64,000 nucleotides of DNA, taken from positions 19,846-83,845 of the forward strand of contig JAJRVD010000025.1 of the NCBI GenBank assembly GCA_024277375.1, in the 5' to 3' direction. Positions 52,001 through 61,338 of the stretch are shown here, in pieces. The stretch comes from Candidatus Omnitrophota bacterium (GTDB lineage: Bacteria > Omnitrophota > Gorgyraeia > Tantalellales > Tantalellaceae). Each line of letters begins with the position of its first letter. Position 1 is the first letter of the stretch. The position numbers were made by a program, and so were the translations under genes. A model generated the notes under the pieces. That model had not been told where the DNA came from. It saw only the letters and a list, made by a program, of their open reading frames with translations, and did no database searches.

Positions 52001-54702
52001 TTTTGTGTTCCCCCCCTTAATATCCTGTCTCCCTCTCTGATCTCTTCCAGTTTTATCAACATATCATCTCTCAAGCCCTCTTGTGGCTTTGGTCTTGCGC
52101 GGCTGACCACTACAAAAAGATCATCCCCCCACTTCTCTTTGAACAACTCCACGCCGGGAGCAGCATTTCTCCAATCTTTTATCATTTTTTCTATTCGCAA
52201 CAACTTCTCATTCTCCTCAATAAAATCCATCCCATCCATATTCTTTTTTATGTTCCGGATAGTTTTGGCCAACTCTATTACGTTATCGGTAAAGTCTTCC
52301 GAAGACACATCCGCGAATCCATCCACTTTTGCCAGACCCGTCAACTGTTCAAACAGATCCACGCCATAGGCAAAATCCCTGTCTCCACCTTTTTCTATTC
52401 GGTCTCCTTCCATAGCAAGATTAATTATTTCCATAGCGTCCATATCCATGCTCTCGCTGTGTTTAATGCTATATGCCGCGCCTGTTTCATGTATTAAAAC
52501 TTCCGCTAATTGCGTATAATCTTGTAACAAATCCGGGTTCAGATATATCGTTTCGTAACTGGCATGGCCACTTACAGGTATTGACTTGTTCCAAATTTGT
52601 ATGTCCTGTTTCATGATAAAATCTATCTGGGATTCTTCTAACCTTAAACTACGAAGAGCAGCTTTTAGTTCCTCCAGGTCTTCGCCCTGCTCCCCAAACT
52701 TATGCATTCCTGCCTCTTTCCCTAATGCGTCTATCCATACTTCATGCTGCAGATACGTCATCGTGTCACCGTCTACAAGAACAATGTCTATGAAGTCCGC
52801 CATACGCCGAATATCCTTATCTGTTTCTACGTAAATATCGACCCCTATTAGAAGCCCTACATCCATAGCAAACCCGGTATCCGAATGTCTTGGTGCTATG
52901 TATGTGGTATCATAATCGGCCGAATGAATGTCTATCCACCCAAACTTGGTCTTAATCGTCAACGTTTCGTTTTTGGCTAACGCTTCCGCTGCCTTGACCA
53001 TCAACTCCATCATATTTTTATTTCTCACATCTATACCCATCTCAGAAAACAGGCTCTGTACGGCTATGGTAGAAGCTCCGGGGGTATAAGAGACCGCTTT
53101 GGTTATAAGCTCCTCGAAGGGCGACTTTTCGCCCGCCAGAAGAGCAAAATACGGACTGTCTTCCTCAACTTGAAGGCGTGGCATTACCTCGATGTATGAG
53201 TATCCTTCTTTTTCAAAGAGTTCCGCCAGGTTTTCCGTATGGAATCCCCCTGTTACAAGAACGGCTATTTTTTTGTCACCGAACTTAGCTCCGATATTCT
53301 TTAAAAACGCGTCATCCCTTTTGAATGCATAGTCATAGAATCCTTCCATATGTTCTCTATAGGAATCTAGTTTTGCTATACCAGAAGGAGTTGTTAGTTT
53401 CAGGCCGTACTGCGGAGCCTTCGCGTCAAAAAAGGCGGTAAAACATTTAACTCCGAACCCGTCTCTGTTGGCCTTGTAATACTCATACTTGTCCCTGACA
53501 AGTGAAAGTGCGAAGAGATCCTTAAGTATGCTCAGTTTTTTTGAAAGTTCGATGAGCCTCTCCTGATCAGGAGTTTTCGCGAACGTCTTCATAAGAGCCT
53601 CTTCTATTTTCCGTACGTCCTTATTAAGGGACGCTTTATCAATATGTTCATAATTTTTCACATATTCAGCATATTTAACAAGGTTGGGCAACTTGCTAAA
53701 GTCTACCGACGCGAATTCCGCTTTCTTAAAAAGATATACATAAAAATCTTCGGATGAAATGTCACCGGTCTTGAACGCGATGGTCTTAACAGCCAGACGT
53801 TTGGCGGCTTTTCTGGATAGTTTTTTGGTAAGTTTATCGATCAAAGCCCGACGTTCCCTGTTGGCTTTTTTAAAATCAATAGACTTTTCGTCCCCAAGCA
53901 GTTTAAGAAGAGCATTAACATCCGCGTGTTGCTCAATATCTACACCGTTAGCCTTACTTTACTTCGCTAGAAAAGTTACATATTCTTTAAACTCAATTTT
54001 TTTCCCATTATATGCCATACGTTTTCCATCAACAACTTTAAGAGCCGACGTGTATATCTTGCGCTTTAAATTACTCATCCCGTTCTCTAAAAATTTTAGG
54101 TATCTATCGGCATCCTCTTTAAACGCCAGCGAACTCCTGTAAGCGTTTAAGTTTCCAAAATATAACTCTTCATTTTCGATCCCTGAAAGCTCGATCTTGT
54201 ATGGATTGTTTATAGCGAAGAATTCGGCACCTGTAACACGTCCGGCTTTCACAAATAAGTCGGATACCTGTTCTCTTACCTGTCGGTCACGTATGTCGGT
54301 AAACATCGACAGGTCATACTCGCCCGCTCCCCCTTCAAGAAACGCGAGATCCGCGCCATAAGCTTCATTGGTATACTTCATGAGGTTGGCGATAGATCGT
54401 TGGGCGGAATAGTTACAATGGGCGTCCTGGATGTGGATGATCGTTTTACCATTCTCACCGGAGATCCTGCGTTTTATCTCTCCAAAACGTAGCGGCACCG
54501 TAGAGGAGGCGGGGTCGAATTCCTCCCGGGCATATACCTCGCCTCCCGGGATACCGGCAATAATTCCCGGCACCTCGACAGCAGCGATGGCTCTAGCCAG
54601 ATCCGCGCCTATCATTGTGAACGAAAAAGAACACAGCGTAATTATCGCGAATGTTCTCATCAGCGTCTTTCTGAGACCGGTTTTATTATTAGAATAACAC
54701 AT
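49012..54702 (-). CDS. Large (~1,896 codon) putative exported protein of Omnitrophota giant-protein type, interrupted by one in-frame TAA at 53959-53961
   Basis: ORFs 53959-54702 and 49012-53844 share a frame with an open linker (FLAK*SKANGVDIEQH...RALIDKL); signal-like N-terminus; IHIQDAHCN, LEGG, RDDAF and VLVTGGFH motifs. Confidence 0.7.
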
Positions 54703-54966
54703 GGTTCCTCCTGAAAGTTTTTAAACGACCTTAATTAGTTTGCAAAAAAATATCGTCCAGATCACCTAAATTATTTCACTTAAACGCGCTATGCGCATCT
54801 ACATATTAGTTTACCTAATAGACTAGAATTTACAAACTTTATAATCGTACTTTTTCATATCTAACCATAGCGTGGCCCTCATATCGGGGCCCATCCTGGG
54901 GCCAGGCCCCAAGGGGCCACCCCTGAGCACAAAAAATGGCCGATATTCTAACTTTTTCGCTTAACA

Positions 54967-55031
54967 GACGCCCCTGCTACCGATTGGTGCAGGCCACAGC
55001 TGTCCGGTAAAAATTTCTACGAGGATCTTTC
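54967..55031 (-). ncRNA. Candidate cis-regulatory structured RNA with pseudoknot (possibly chrB-like)
   Basis: Minus strand ...UACCGG-ACAGCUGUGG-CCUGC-ACCAA-UCGGUA-GCAGG-GGCGUC; loop UCGGUA can pair with upstream UACCGG. Confidence 0.45.
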
Positions 55032-55287
55032 GTGTTTATTTCATCAAGAGGCAGAACGATTTAACAGTGTAACCTCAATATTTATAGCAATCACCAAATA
55101 AATTGTTTTCGTATCGTATGCTGTCCAATAAATTTCTCGCAAACAATGTCCCGGGTAAATCCACAGTACCAGGTTCCCGTAATCACAGAGCCTCTTATAT
55201 GAGGGGGTGTGCCGCGCGCAGGCACGGAAAAAAGGGAAAATGTTTCCGTTTTTACGCATGTTTGAGCACGGTATACCCCCTCAGATA

Positions 55288-55407
55288 CAAACTGTGTCGT
55301 AACGTAGGGGCTTGATTTATCAAGCCCGTTTATATCGGGTTCGATGAATCGAACCCTTACAACATATTGTATGCGGCCATCCACAAAACGAATTACGACA
55401 CAGCCTC
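55288..55407 (+). mobile_element. Element A copy (no clear target duplication)
   Basis: CAAACTGTGTCGTAAC-doublet 55304-55360-...TTACGACACAGCCTC. Confidence 0.8.
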
Positions 55408-55436
55408 TCATATAAGGAGCCTACCTATTTATGAAG

Positions 55437-55471
55437 AGATTCTTCAGTCGCTATCGCTCCTTCAGAATGAC
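55437..55471 (-). repeat. GTCAT...ATCT-family palindromic repeat
   Basis: Minus strand GTCATTCTGAAGGAGCGATAGCGACTGAAGAATCT. Confidence 0.65.
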
Positions 55472-55529
55472 GAATTTTTACGATTTCCCCGAACAGGTGT
55501 GGGTGCAAACTGAAAATCATACAAAAAAA

Positions 55530-56660
55530 TTAACCTTTATAAATTCTTGGGACACGGTCGGTTATGGCGGAAAGGATCTCGTATGGAATGGTTCCGGCAA
55601 GTTTGGCTATTCTTTCGATGGATATTTCCGAAGTGCCCTGCTTGCCGATAAGGACGACTTCGTCGCCGACTTTTACGTTCTCAATATGACCCACATCCAG
55701 AAGAGCCTGATCCATGGTCACCATGCCAACTACCCTGGCATGCTGTCCCTTTAAAAGGGCCTCGGCTTTATTGGAAAGGATTCTACCATAACCGTCAGCA
55801 TAGCCTATCGGTATCGTAGCTATCTTTGTGTTTTTTTGCGTTATATATGTCCGGCCGTAGCTTATAGCACGACCGGAAGGGGTCTCCTTGAGGTGTACTA
55901 TTTTGGTCTTAAGATTCATCGCGGGACGCAGGTGAAACCTCCCGCGAAAATTTTCTTTAGGATACACACCATACAAAAGTATCCCTGTCCTTACAAGATT
56001 TAGATGGGAGCCCCTCCAATAAATAACAGCAATACTATTAGCCGCGTGTTTGTATTTAATCTCGATCCCTTCGGCATCTATGACATCGAGGACCTTACGA
56101 AAAGAATTGATCTGCAGATTTGTTGTTTTCCTGTCACGCGCGGCTGAGGAAAAATGAGTGTATATTCCCTCGATGTCTATATCTTCAGAGGAATGAACTT
56201 TTTTGATAAATTCAAGCGCTTCCTCATGCCACACACCTATACGTCCCATCCCTGTATCTATTTTAAGATGCACCTTAGGGCGCGCCGTTATTTCTTTTGC
56301 CAGCTTTATGATTATCCGGAATAGCTCCTGATCACATAATGTCAGTGTGATATCATGCATTACAGCAGCTTTAGCTTCTTCGCGGAGCACTGAACCGAGA
56401 ACAAGTACAGGTGCTAATATCCCGGAAGACCTTAGAGACAAAGCTTCATCAACGGTCGCCACGCCTAGATAATCGACCCCGCCTTCGCTTAATACACGGC
56501 CGATCCGATCAATACCATGGCCGTAAGCGTTTGCTTTAACAACGGCCATTATCCCTGTGTTTTTGTCAATATGGTCGCGGATACACCCCAGGTTATACCT
56601 GACAGCATCCAAGTCTACTTCCGCCCATGTCGGCCTGTAATTTTTGTTTATTGTGTTCAT
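55530..56660 (-). CDS. alr: Alanine racemase (start adjusted)
   Basis: AVVKANAYGHG, HLKIDTGMGRIG, IGYADGY, TIPYE. Confidence 0.96.
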   Translation of the reverse strand: MNTINKNYRPTWAEVDLDAVRYNLGCIRDHIDKNTGIMAVVKANAYGHGIDRIGRVLSEGGVDYLGVATVDEALSLRSSGILAPVLVLGSVLREEAKAAVMHDITLTLCDQELFRIIIKLAKEITARPKVHLKIDTGMGRIGVWHEEALEFIKKVHSSEDIDIEGIYTHFSSAARDRKTTNLQINSFRKVLDVIDAEGIEIKYKHAANSIAVIYWRGSHLNLVRTGILLYGVYPKENFRGRFHLRPAMNLKTKIVHLKETPSGRAISYGRTYITQKNTKIATIPIGYADGYGRILSNKAEALLKGQHARVVGMVTMDQALLDVGHIENVKVGDEVVLIGKQGTSEISIERIAKLAGTIPYEILSAITDRVPRIYKG

Positions 56661-56673
56661 TGTGTTTGTTGCG

Positions 56674-57081
56674 TTATACGTCCCATACCGACCAGCTCCC
56701 TCCACCCACCAATATCAAGGGAATGCAGGAACTTAATACGAGTAAATTATACTCGATCTCCGCTGATTGCACGAAAGAACCGTAGACAATATTTACCTTC
56801 CATATACGGATAAACGTAACAAGAACTATGCCTACGGCGGCTCCTCTTGCCGATATCCCCAGAACAAGAAAAATACCGCCAATAAATTCTATACCCGCCC
56901 ATACCAACGCCAGAATATGAGGATTGGAGAATCCAAGCCCTTCAACCATCTTTGTCATACCTTCGATCCCAATGCCGCCAAACATCCCGAACATTTTTTG
57001 CGCGCCATGGACCACAAAGATCGAACCCACTATTATCCTCAGCATGAGCATCGCAAGATTAAACGCATTGTCTCTCTCCAC
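56674..57081 (-). CDS. DoxX-family membrane protein
   Basis: LRIIVGSIFVHGAQKMFG-like motif, EFIGG, IEYN, GGGSWSV. Confidence 0.85.
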   Translation of the reverse strand: MERDNAFNLAMLMLRIIVGSIFVVHGAQKMFGMFGGIGIEGMTKMVEGLGFSNPHILALVWAGIEFIGGIFLVLGISARGAAVGIVLVTFIRIWKVNIVYGSFVQSAEIEYNLLVLSSCIPLILVGGGSWSVWDV

Positions 57082-57235
57082 TTATCCCCCCTTTGTATCT
57101 GTTCCATTTTAACGCAATCGAAAGCAAAATCAAGATTATTCATAAAAAGTGAATGTATTTGACCAAAAAAAGTGTCTTATACTAATGAGAGGGGGTATCG
57201 CAGAAGTCAGGAGTCAGAATGATAAAGGGGAACAT

Positions 57236-57904
57236 ATGCTACAACTCAAAATTATCACATCGGCCATTATTAACGTTTTGTTTCCCGCGGAGTGTCCCGC
57301 GTGCAAAACCCGATCGGCCAAGTTTCCTGTGCCAATCTGTGAGAGATGCACACAGGATATCTCATCAAGTTCGTCGCTACCATCTACTTCGTCTTTTTAC
57401 CTTGCGAAGATACTCTCCTGCCGCCCGTATGATGGGACACTCAAACAATGTATCCGACAATTTAAATACCATCGAACAGAACGAATGATACTCGTCTTTG
57501 ATGAACTCATCAAAAAAACATACCTGAAAAATAAACATTCACTTAACGACATAGACATCATTGTCCCCGTTCCAATTAACAAACACAAAAAACGTCTGCG
57601 CGGGTTTAACCAAGCTGAGATACTAGCGCAGGTACTTGGTAACACCCTTTCACTACCGGTACCTTCCGCCAACCTTAAAAAAATAAAAAAAACTATCCCC
57701 CAGGCCGGACTCTCAAAAGAAAAACGTATTAACAATTTAATAAAAGCATTCTCTATTCGGGAACCACTTCTAATAAAGGAAAAACACATATTGTTAGTGG
57801 ATGACGTTATGACAACGGGAGCGACACTTGACACTTGTGCCAAGGAACTTTTAAAGGCCGGAGCAAAATCAGTCACTGGCTTTACGCTGGCGAGAACGTT
57901 ATAG
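57236..57904 (+). CDS. comF: ComF-family phosphoribosyltransferase-like competence protein (start adjusted)
   Basis: CPAC...CERC, RGFNQ, LLVDDVMTTGAT. Confidence 0.9.
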   Translation: MLQLKIITSAIINVLFPAECPACKTRSAKFPVPICERCTQDISSSSSLPSTSSFYLAKILSCRPYDGTLKQCIRQFKYHRTERMILVFDELIKKTYLKNKHSLNDIDIIVPVPINKHKKRLRGFNQAEILAQVLGNTLSLPVPSANLKKIKKTIPQAGLSKEKRINNLIKAFSIREPLLIKEKHILLVDDVMTTGATLDTCAKELLKAGAKSVTGFTLARTL

Positions 57905-58076
57905 ACGTGAAGACCGGATATATCCCGCACAGGCCATCGATGAGCGAGAAAGCTTGGTCTTTTAAAAGGGGGACAGTCCCCTTTTTAAAAGTTTTGAGCG
58001 AATCGTCGAGTGAGGTTTTCCGATGGATAAAACCGGACGTGCCTGATAGGGATATATTCGGTATTTGTTATATGGA

Positions 58077-59165
58077 CTAACTCTTCTTATTCACAAAATA
58101 CGCGCCGCAAACAGCGAAACAGACATTACTTAGCCATGCCGCTGCAACGGGAGGAAGGGTTCCGCCTTTACCCAACGCGAGACTTATCGCGGCAACCGGC
58201 AAATATAACATGGCTATCGCGATACCCCTTACCATACCGATCAACGGAGAAGCCCGGCCCGTCTCTATACTGAACGGAACACCCATCAGAACGGTAATAA
58301 GCGCGGTAAAAGGAAATGCCAGCTTATAGTTCAGATCCACTAAAAGCCGCCGCACAGTCTCGGGAGACGCTATATTAAAAACCTCTAAATATTTCTTAAG
58401 CTGGCGATAGCTCATAAATTTCGGATCCCACTGGTTATTCGCGAAATACGCCGGTTCTTCCTCAATATCAATATTCTTTCGTTTATAGTTTTCGGGATCC
58501 TTCGAAAAGGTACCGTCAGGAGATATTTTAAAGATAAGAACATCCACCCCCTGCCAGATCCCATTACCTTGCCATTTCACAAGACGTGAATTGATCTTCT
58601 CTATCACGCGATGATCCTTATCCTGCCTGTGAATTATCACGTCTTCCATAACATCTGTATGGCGATTATATGATTTAGCGAATATTATCTGGTTGCCTTT
58701 AGCATACACGGTAAGGTTACGTATCCTCGCGCCTTTTTTCTCGCCTTCTCGTTCAAGTTCTTCATTCCTTATCCTGTTGGCCTTCCCCATAGCGGTAGGA
58801 ACAAACCTCTCGTTTATAATAAGCGTGAACAGACAAATGATAAACGTCGACAAAAGTATTGGCCTCAGGAGTTTCCAGAGACTTAACCCGCTGGTTATAA
58901 CGGCGGTTACTTCGTGGTTCTTACTTAAAGAGTTGAATACATACACCGCGCTTAAAAGAGCGGCAAACGGAACCATATTGACGAACGCGAACGGCGCCAG
59001 ATAAAAATAAAAAGACAGGATACTGACAAGAGATATGCCGTTTTTTAATATGTCGTCCAGAAAACCCAAGACATCACCGATGATCCCCAGAACCATAAGC
59101 AGCGTTATGCAGAAGAAAAACGCGGAGAGAAAGCCTTTAACAACGTATTTTTCTAAAATTCTCAT
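58077..59165 (-). CDS. lptG: LPS export permease LptG (start adjusted to MRILEK)
   Basis: YjgP/YjgQ pattern: NHEVTAVITSGLS, KLAFPF, LPPVAAAWLSN. Confidence 0.88.
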   Translation of the reverse strand: MRILEKYVVKGFLSAFFFCITLLMVLGIIGDVLGFLDDILKNGISLVSILSFYFYLAPFAFVNMVPFAALLSAVYVFNSLSKNHEVTAVITSGLSLWKLLRPILLSTFIICLFTLIINERFVPTAMGKANRIRNEELEREGEKKGARIRNLTVYAKGNQIIFAKSYNRHTDVMEDVIIHRQDKDHRVIEKINSRLVKWQGNGIWQGVDVLIFKISPDGTFSKDPENYKRKNIDIEEEPAYFANNQWDPKFMSYRQLKKYLEVFNIASPETVRRLLVDLNYKLAFPFTALITVLMGVPFSIETGRASPLIGMVRGIAIAMLYLPVAAISLALGKGGTLPPVAAAWLSNVCFAVCGAYFVNKKS

Positions 59166-60256
59166 TTCTTTGCTATCCGGTAGAACGCGAAAAGGCTTAA
59201 CAGGAACAATAAAATATTTGCCGACCACACACCCGTCCATGCGGGAACAAGACCCCTTATGGCAAAGGCTATACCTCCCAGCATAATTCCCCAGTATACC
59301 ATAAAGAGTGCCATGGCAAGCCCAAAACCTATAAATTTCTCACGACGGTGAGTCGTTATCGCCAACGGGATACCTATCATTACAAAAACAAAATTAGAAA
59401 AAGCTAACGCGAGTTTTTTGTGCAATTCTATCCGTAGAGGCATAGCGTTTATCTCATCCGTTTTGAGCTCGTCAATATCAGCCAAAAGCTCTTTTATGCT
59501 TTTCTCCCTGGCCTTCTTTTGGATATCATTTACATTAACGGTTTTCTCCAAATTCAGCGTCATGAAATATTCCTTTAAAGATAACTTATAAAACTCGTTC
59601 GGTTTCTCCGGCACTATTTCATCTGCCGTTCCGTCAACAAGCTTTAGTTTTATACTGTTTTCTTCCGGCATAGGAATTATCTCTCCCGAGCGCGCTACTA
59701 TTGTTCGGGTTGGCTTATTTTCTCTGGGTTGATAAATACGAATATTTTCAAGCTTGTTGCCTTTTATGTCGTTCACAAAAAGTATATAATCCTTGAACCC
59801 CTTAACAAATACACCCGGCTCAAGCATGGCGGCAGGATGTTTAATGCCCAGGCTTTTCACCAGTTTTCTTGCCTCGAATTCAGCCTGTGGTAATATTCTA
59901 TCATTTAGCGGCACACTCATAAGGCTTATGATAAATCCACACATAATAACGGGAAACACTATCTTATAAATACTTATACCGCTTGTCCTTAATGCGGTTA
60001 CTTCATTATCGCTCGAGAGCCTACCGAACCCGAGAAGCACCGCGGAAAGCACTGATATCGGGATTGTAAAGATAAGAACATAAGGAAGGAACAACAAAAA
60101 TATTTTAAGGACCTGCATGAGCTCTACACCTTTATTTACTACCATGTCAGCGGTCTGAATAATATTTCCCGCGGCAAGAATAATGGTTGAAATAAATAGA
60201 GCAGCTAAAAAGGGACCACCGAGCTCTTTAAGGGTGTATCTTACTATGACTCTCAT
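59162..60256 (-). CDS. lptF: LPS export permease LptF
   Basis: GRLSSDNEVTALRTSGIS, ELHKKLALAF. Confidence 0.88.
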   Translation of the reverse strand: MRVIVRYTLKELGGPFLAALFISTIILAAGNIIQTADMVVNKGVELMQVLKIFLLFLPYVLIFTIPISVLSAVLLGFGRLSSDNEVTALRTSGISIYKIVFPVIMCGFIISLMSVPLNDRILPQAEFEARKLVKSLGIKHPAAMLEPGVFVKGFKDYILFVNDIKGNKLENIRIYQPRENKPTRTIVARSGEIIPMPEENSIKLKLVDGTADEIVPEKPNEFYKLSLKEYFMTLNLEKTVNVNDIQKKAREKSIKELLADIDELKTDEINAMPLRIELHKKLALAFSNFVFVMIGIPLAITTHRREKFIGFGLAMALFMVYWGIMLGGIAFAIRGLVPAWTGVWSANILLFLLSLFAFYRIAKK

Positions 60257-60289
60257 GATTTAGTATTACCTCGTAATGACGAACGTCAG

Positions 60290-61273
60290 TTACGTTGCTA
60301 AAAGTTTCGTCAAAGAATAAAGCTCCTCATACAACTTCATATCTCTATCCGCGTCATAACAAGCTTTGTCATAACGCACAAGCTGTAATTTGTTCCCCTG
60401 GATGCTGACCATAGCTCCGGAATGCCCCTTAATTAAAGCATCTATGGAATACGCTCCCATCCTAGACGCGAGTATTCTGTCCGGAGCATTCGGGGCGCCG
60501 CCTCTCTGAACGTGCCCGAGAGTTACAGCTCTTACCTCATACCCGGTTTTATCTTTTAATTTGTTGGTTATATCCTCGGACGTAGAAACCCCTTCGGAAA
60601 CTATAAGTATCCAGCTTTTTTTGCCTTTTTTTGATCCTTCTTCTATCTCAGAAGCGATCTTATCCAGATCAATAACCCCTCCCGGGAACAAAACCTCTTC
60701 AGCGCCACCCGCCAAACCTGCCATAATCGCGATATATGGCTCTTCCCGGCCCATCACCTCCATGACATAGATCCGTTCCATACTGGTTACGGTATCACGT
60801 ATTTTGTCAACAGCATCCAATACTGTATCTATCGAAGTATGTGCTCCGACCGTATAATCGGTATACCCGAGGTCATTGTCGATAGTTCCGGGGACACCTA
60901 TGCTGGTTATCCCCCAAGTGTCATGTAATACATGCGCGCCTTTAAATGATCCGTTGCCGCCTATAATAACAAGAGCGTCTATCTCGTTTTTCTCAATTGT
61001 CTCGACTGCCTTTTTCTGGCCCTCTTTTGTTATAAATTCCTTTGACCTGGCGGTTTTAAGTATAGTTCCTCCACGGGAAAGAATATTACTCACGCTACGG
61101 GAATTCATACCGATACACTTATCGTTTATCAATCCCTCATACCCTTCCATTATCCCGAGGACTTCTATACCTTCAAACACGGCCTTACGGACAACACTTC
61201 TTATCGCCGCGTTCATTCCCGGGGAATCGCCACCGGAAGTCAGCACACCAATTTTTTTGATATTTTTTTTCAT
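60290..61273 (-). CDS. pfkA: ATP-dependent 6-phosphofructokinase (start adjusted to MKKNIK)
   Basis: TSGGDSPGMNAA, GGTILKTAR, PGTIDND, EVMGR, LGHVQRGG. Confidence 0.95.
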   Translation of the reverse strand: MKKNIKKIGVLTSGGDSPGMNAAIRSVVRKAVFEGIEVLGIMEGYEGLINDKCIGMNSRSVSNILSRGGTILKTARSKEFITKEGQKKAVETIEKNEIDALVIIGGNGSFKGAHVLHDTWGITSIGVPGTIDNDLGYTDYTVGAHTSIDTVLDAVDKIRDTVTSMERIYVMEVMGREEPYIAIMAGLAGGAEEVLFPGGVIDLDKIASEIEEGSKKGKKSWILIVSEGVSTSEDITNKLKDKTGYEVRAVTLGHVQRGGAPNAPDRILASRMGAYSIDALIKGHSGAMVSIQGNKLQLVRYDKACYDADRDMKLYEELYSLTKLLAT

Positions 61274-61293
61274 AATATTTTCTTTTTTTTTAG

Positions 61294-61338
61294 AGATCCT
61301 TCGACTTTGTGCCCTTCGGGCACTCCGCTCAGGATGAC
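61294..61338 (-). repeat. GTCATCCTGAGC...GAAGGATCT-family repeat
   Basis: Minus strand GTCATCCTGAGCGGAGTGCCCGAAGGGCACAAAGTCGAAGGATCT. Confidence 0.75.

Noticed and set aside
10346-53961. Stop-codon reassignment (alternative genetic code)
   Set aside because: Both TAG (kdsD, xerC, ilvN, ahcY) and TAA (many genes) end genes at the expected C-termini, and only four internal stops occur in about 54 genes
55044-55259. ORF or c-di-GMP riboswitch in the giant-gene leader
   Set aside because: No recognisable protein features, and the GEMM hallmarks (GGCAAAC...GAAA...GACGCAAA) were not found on the minus strand
7638-55360. Repeats interpreted as a CRISPR array
   Set aside because: Copies are dispersed one per intergenic region with no repeat-spacer periodicity, and no cas genes are present
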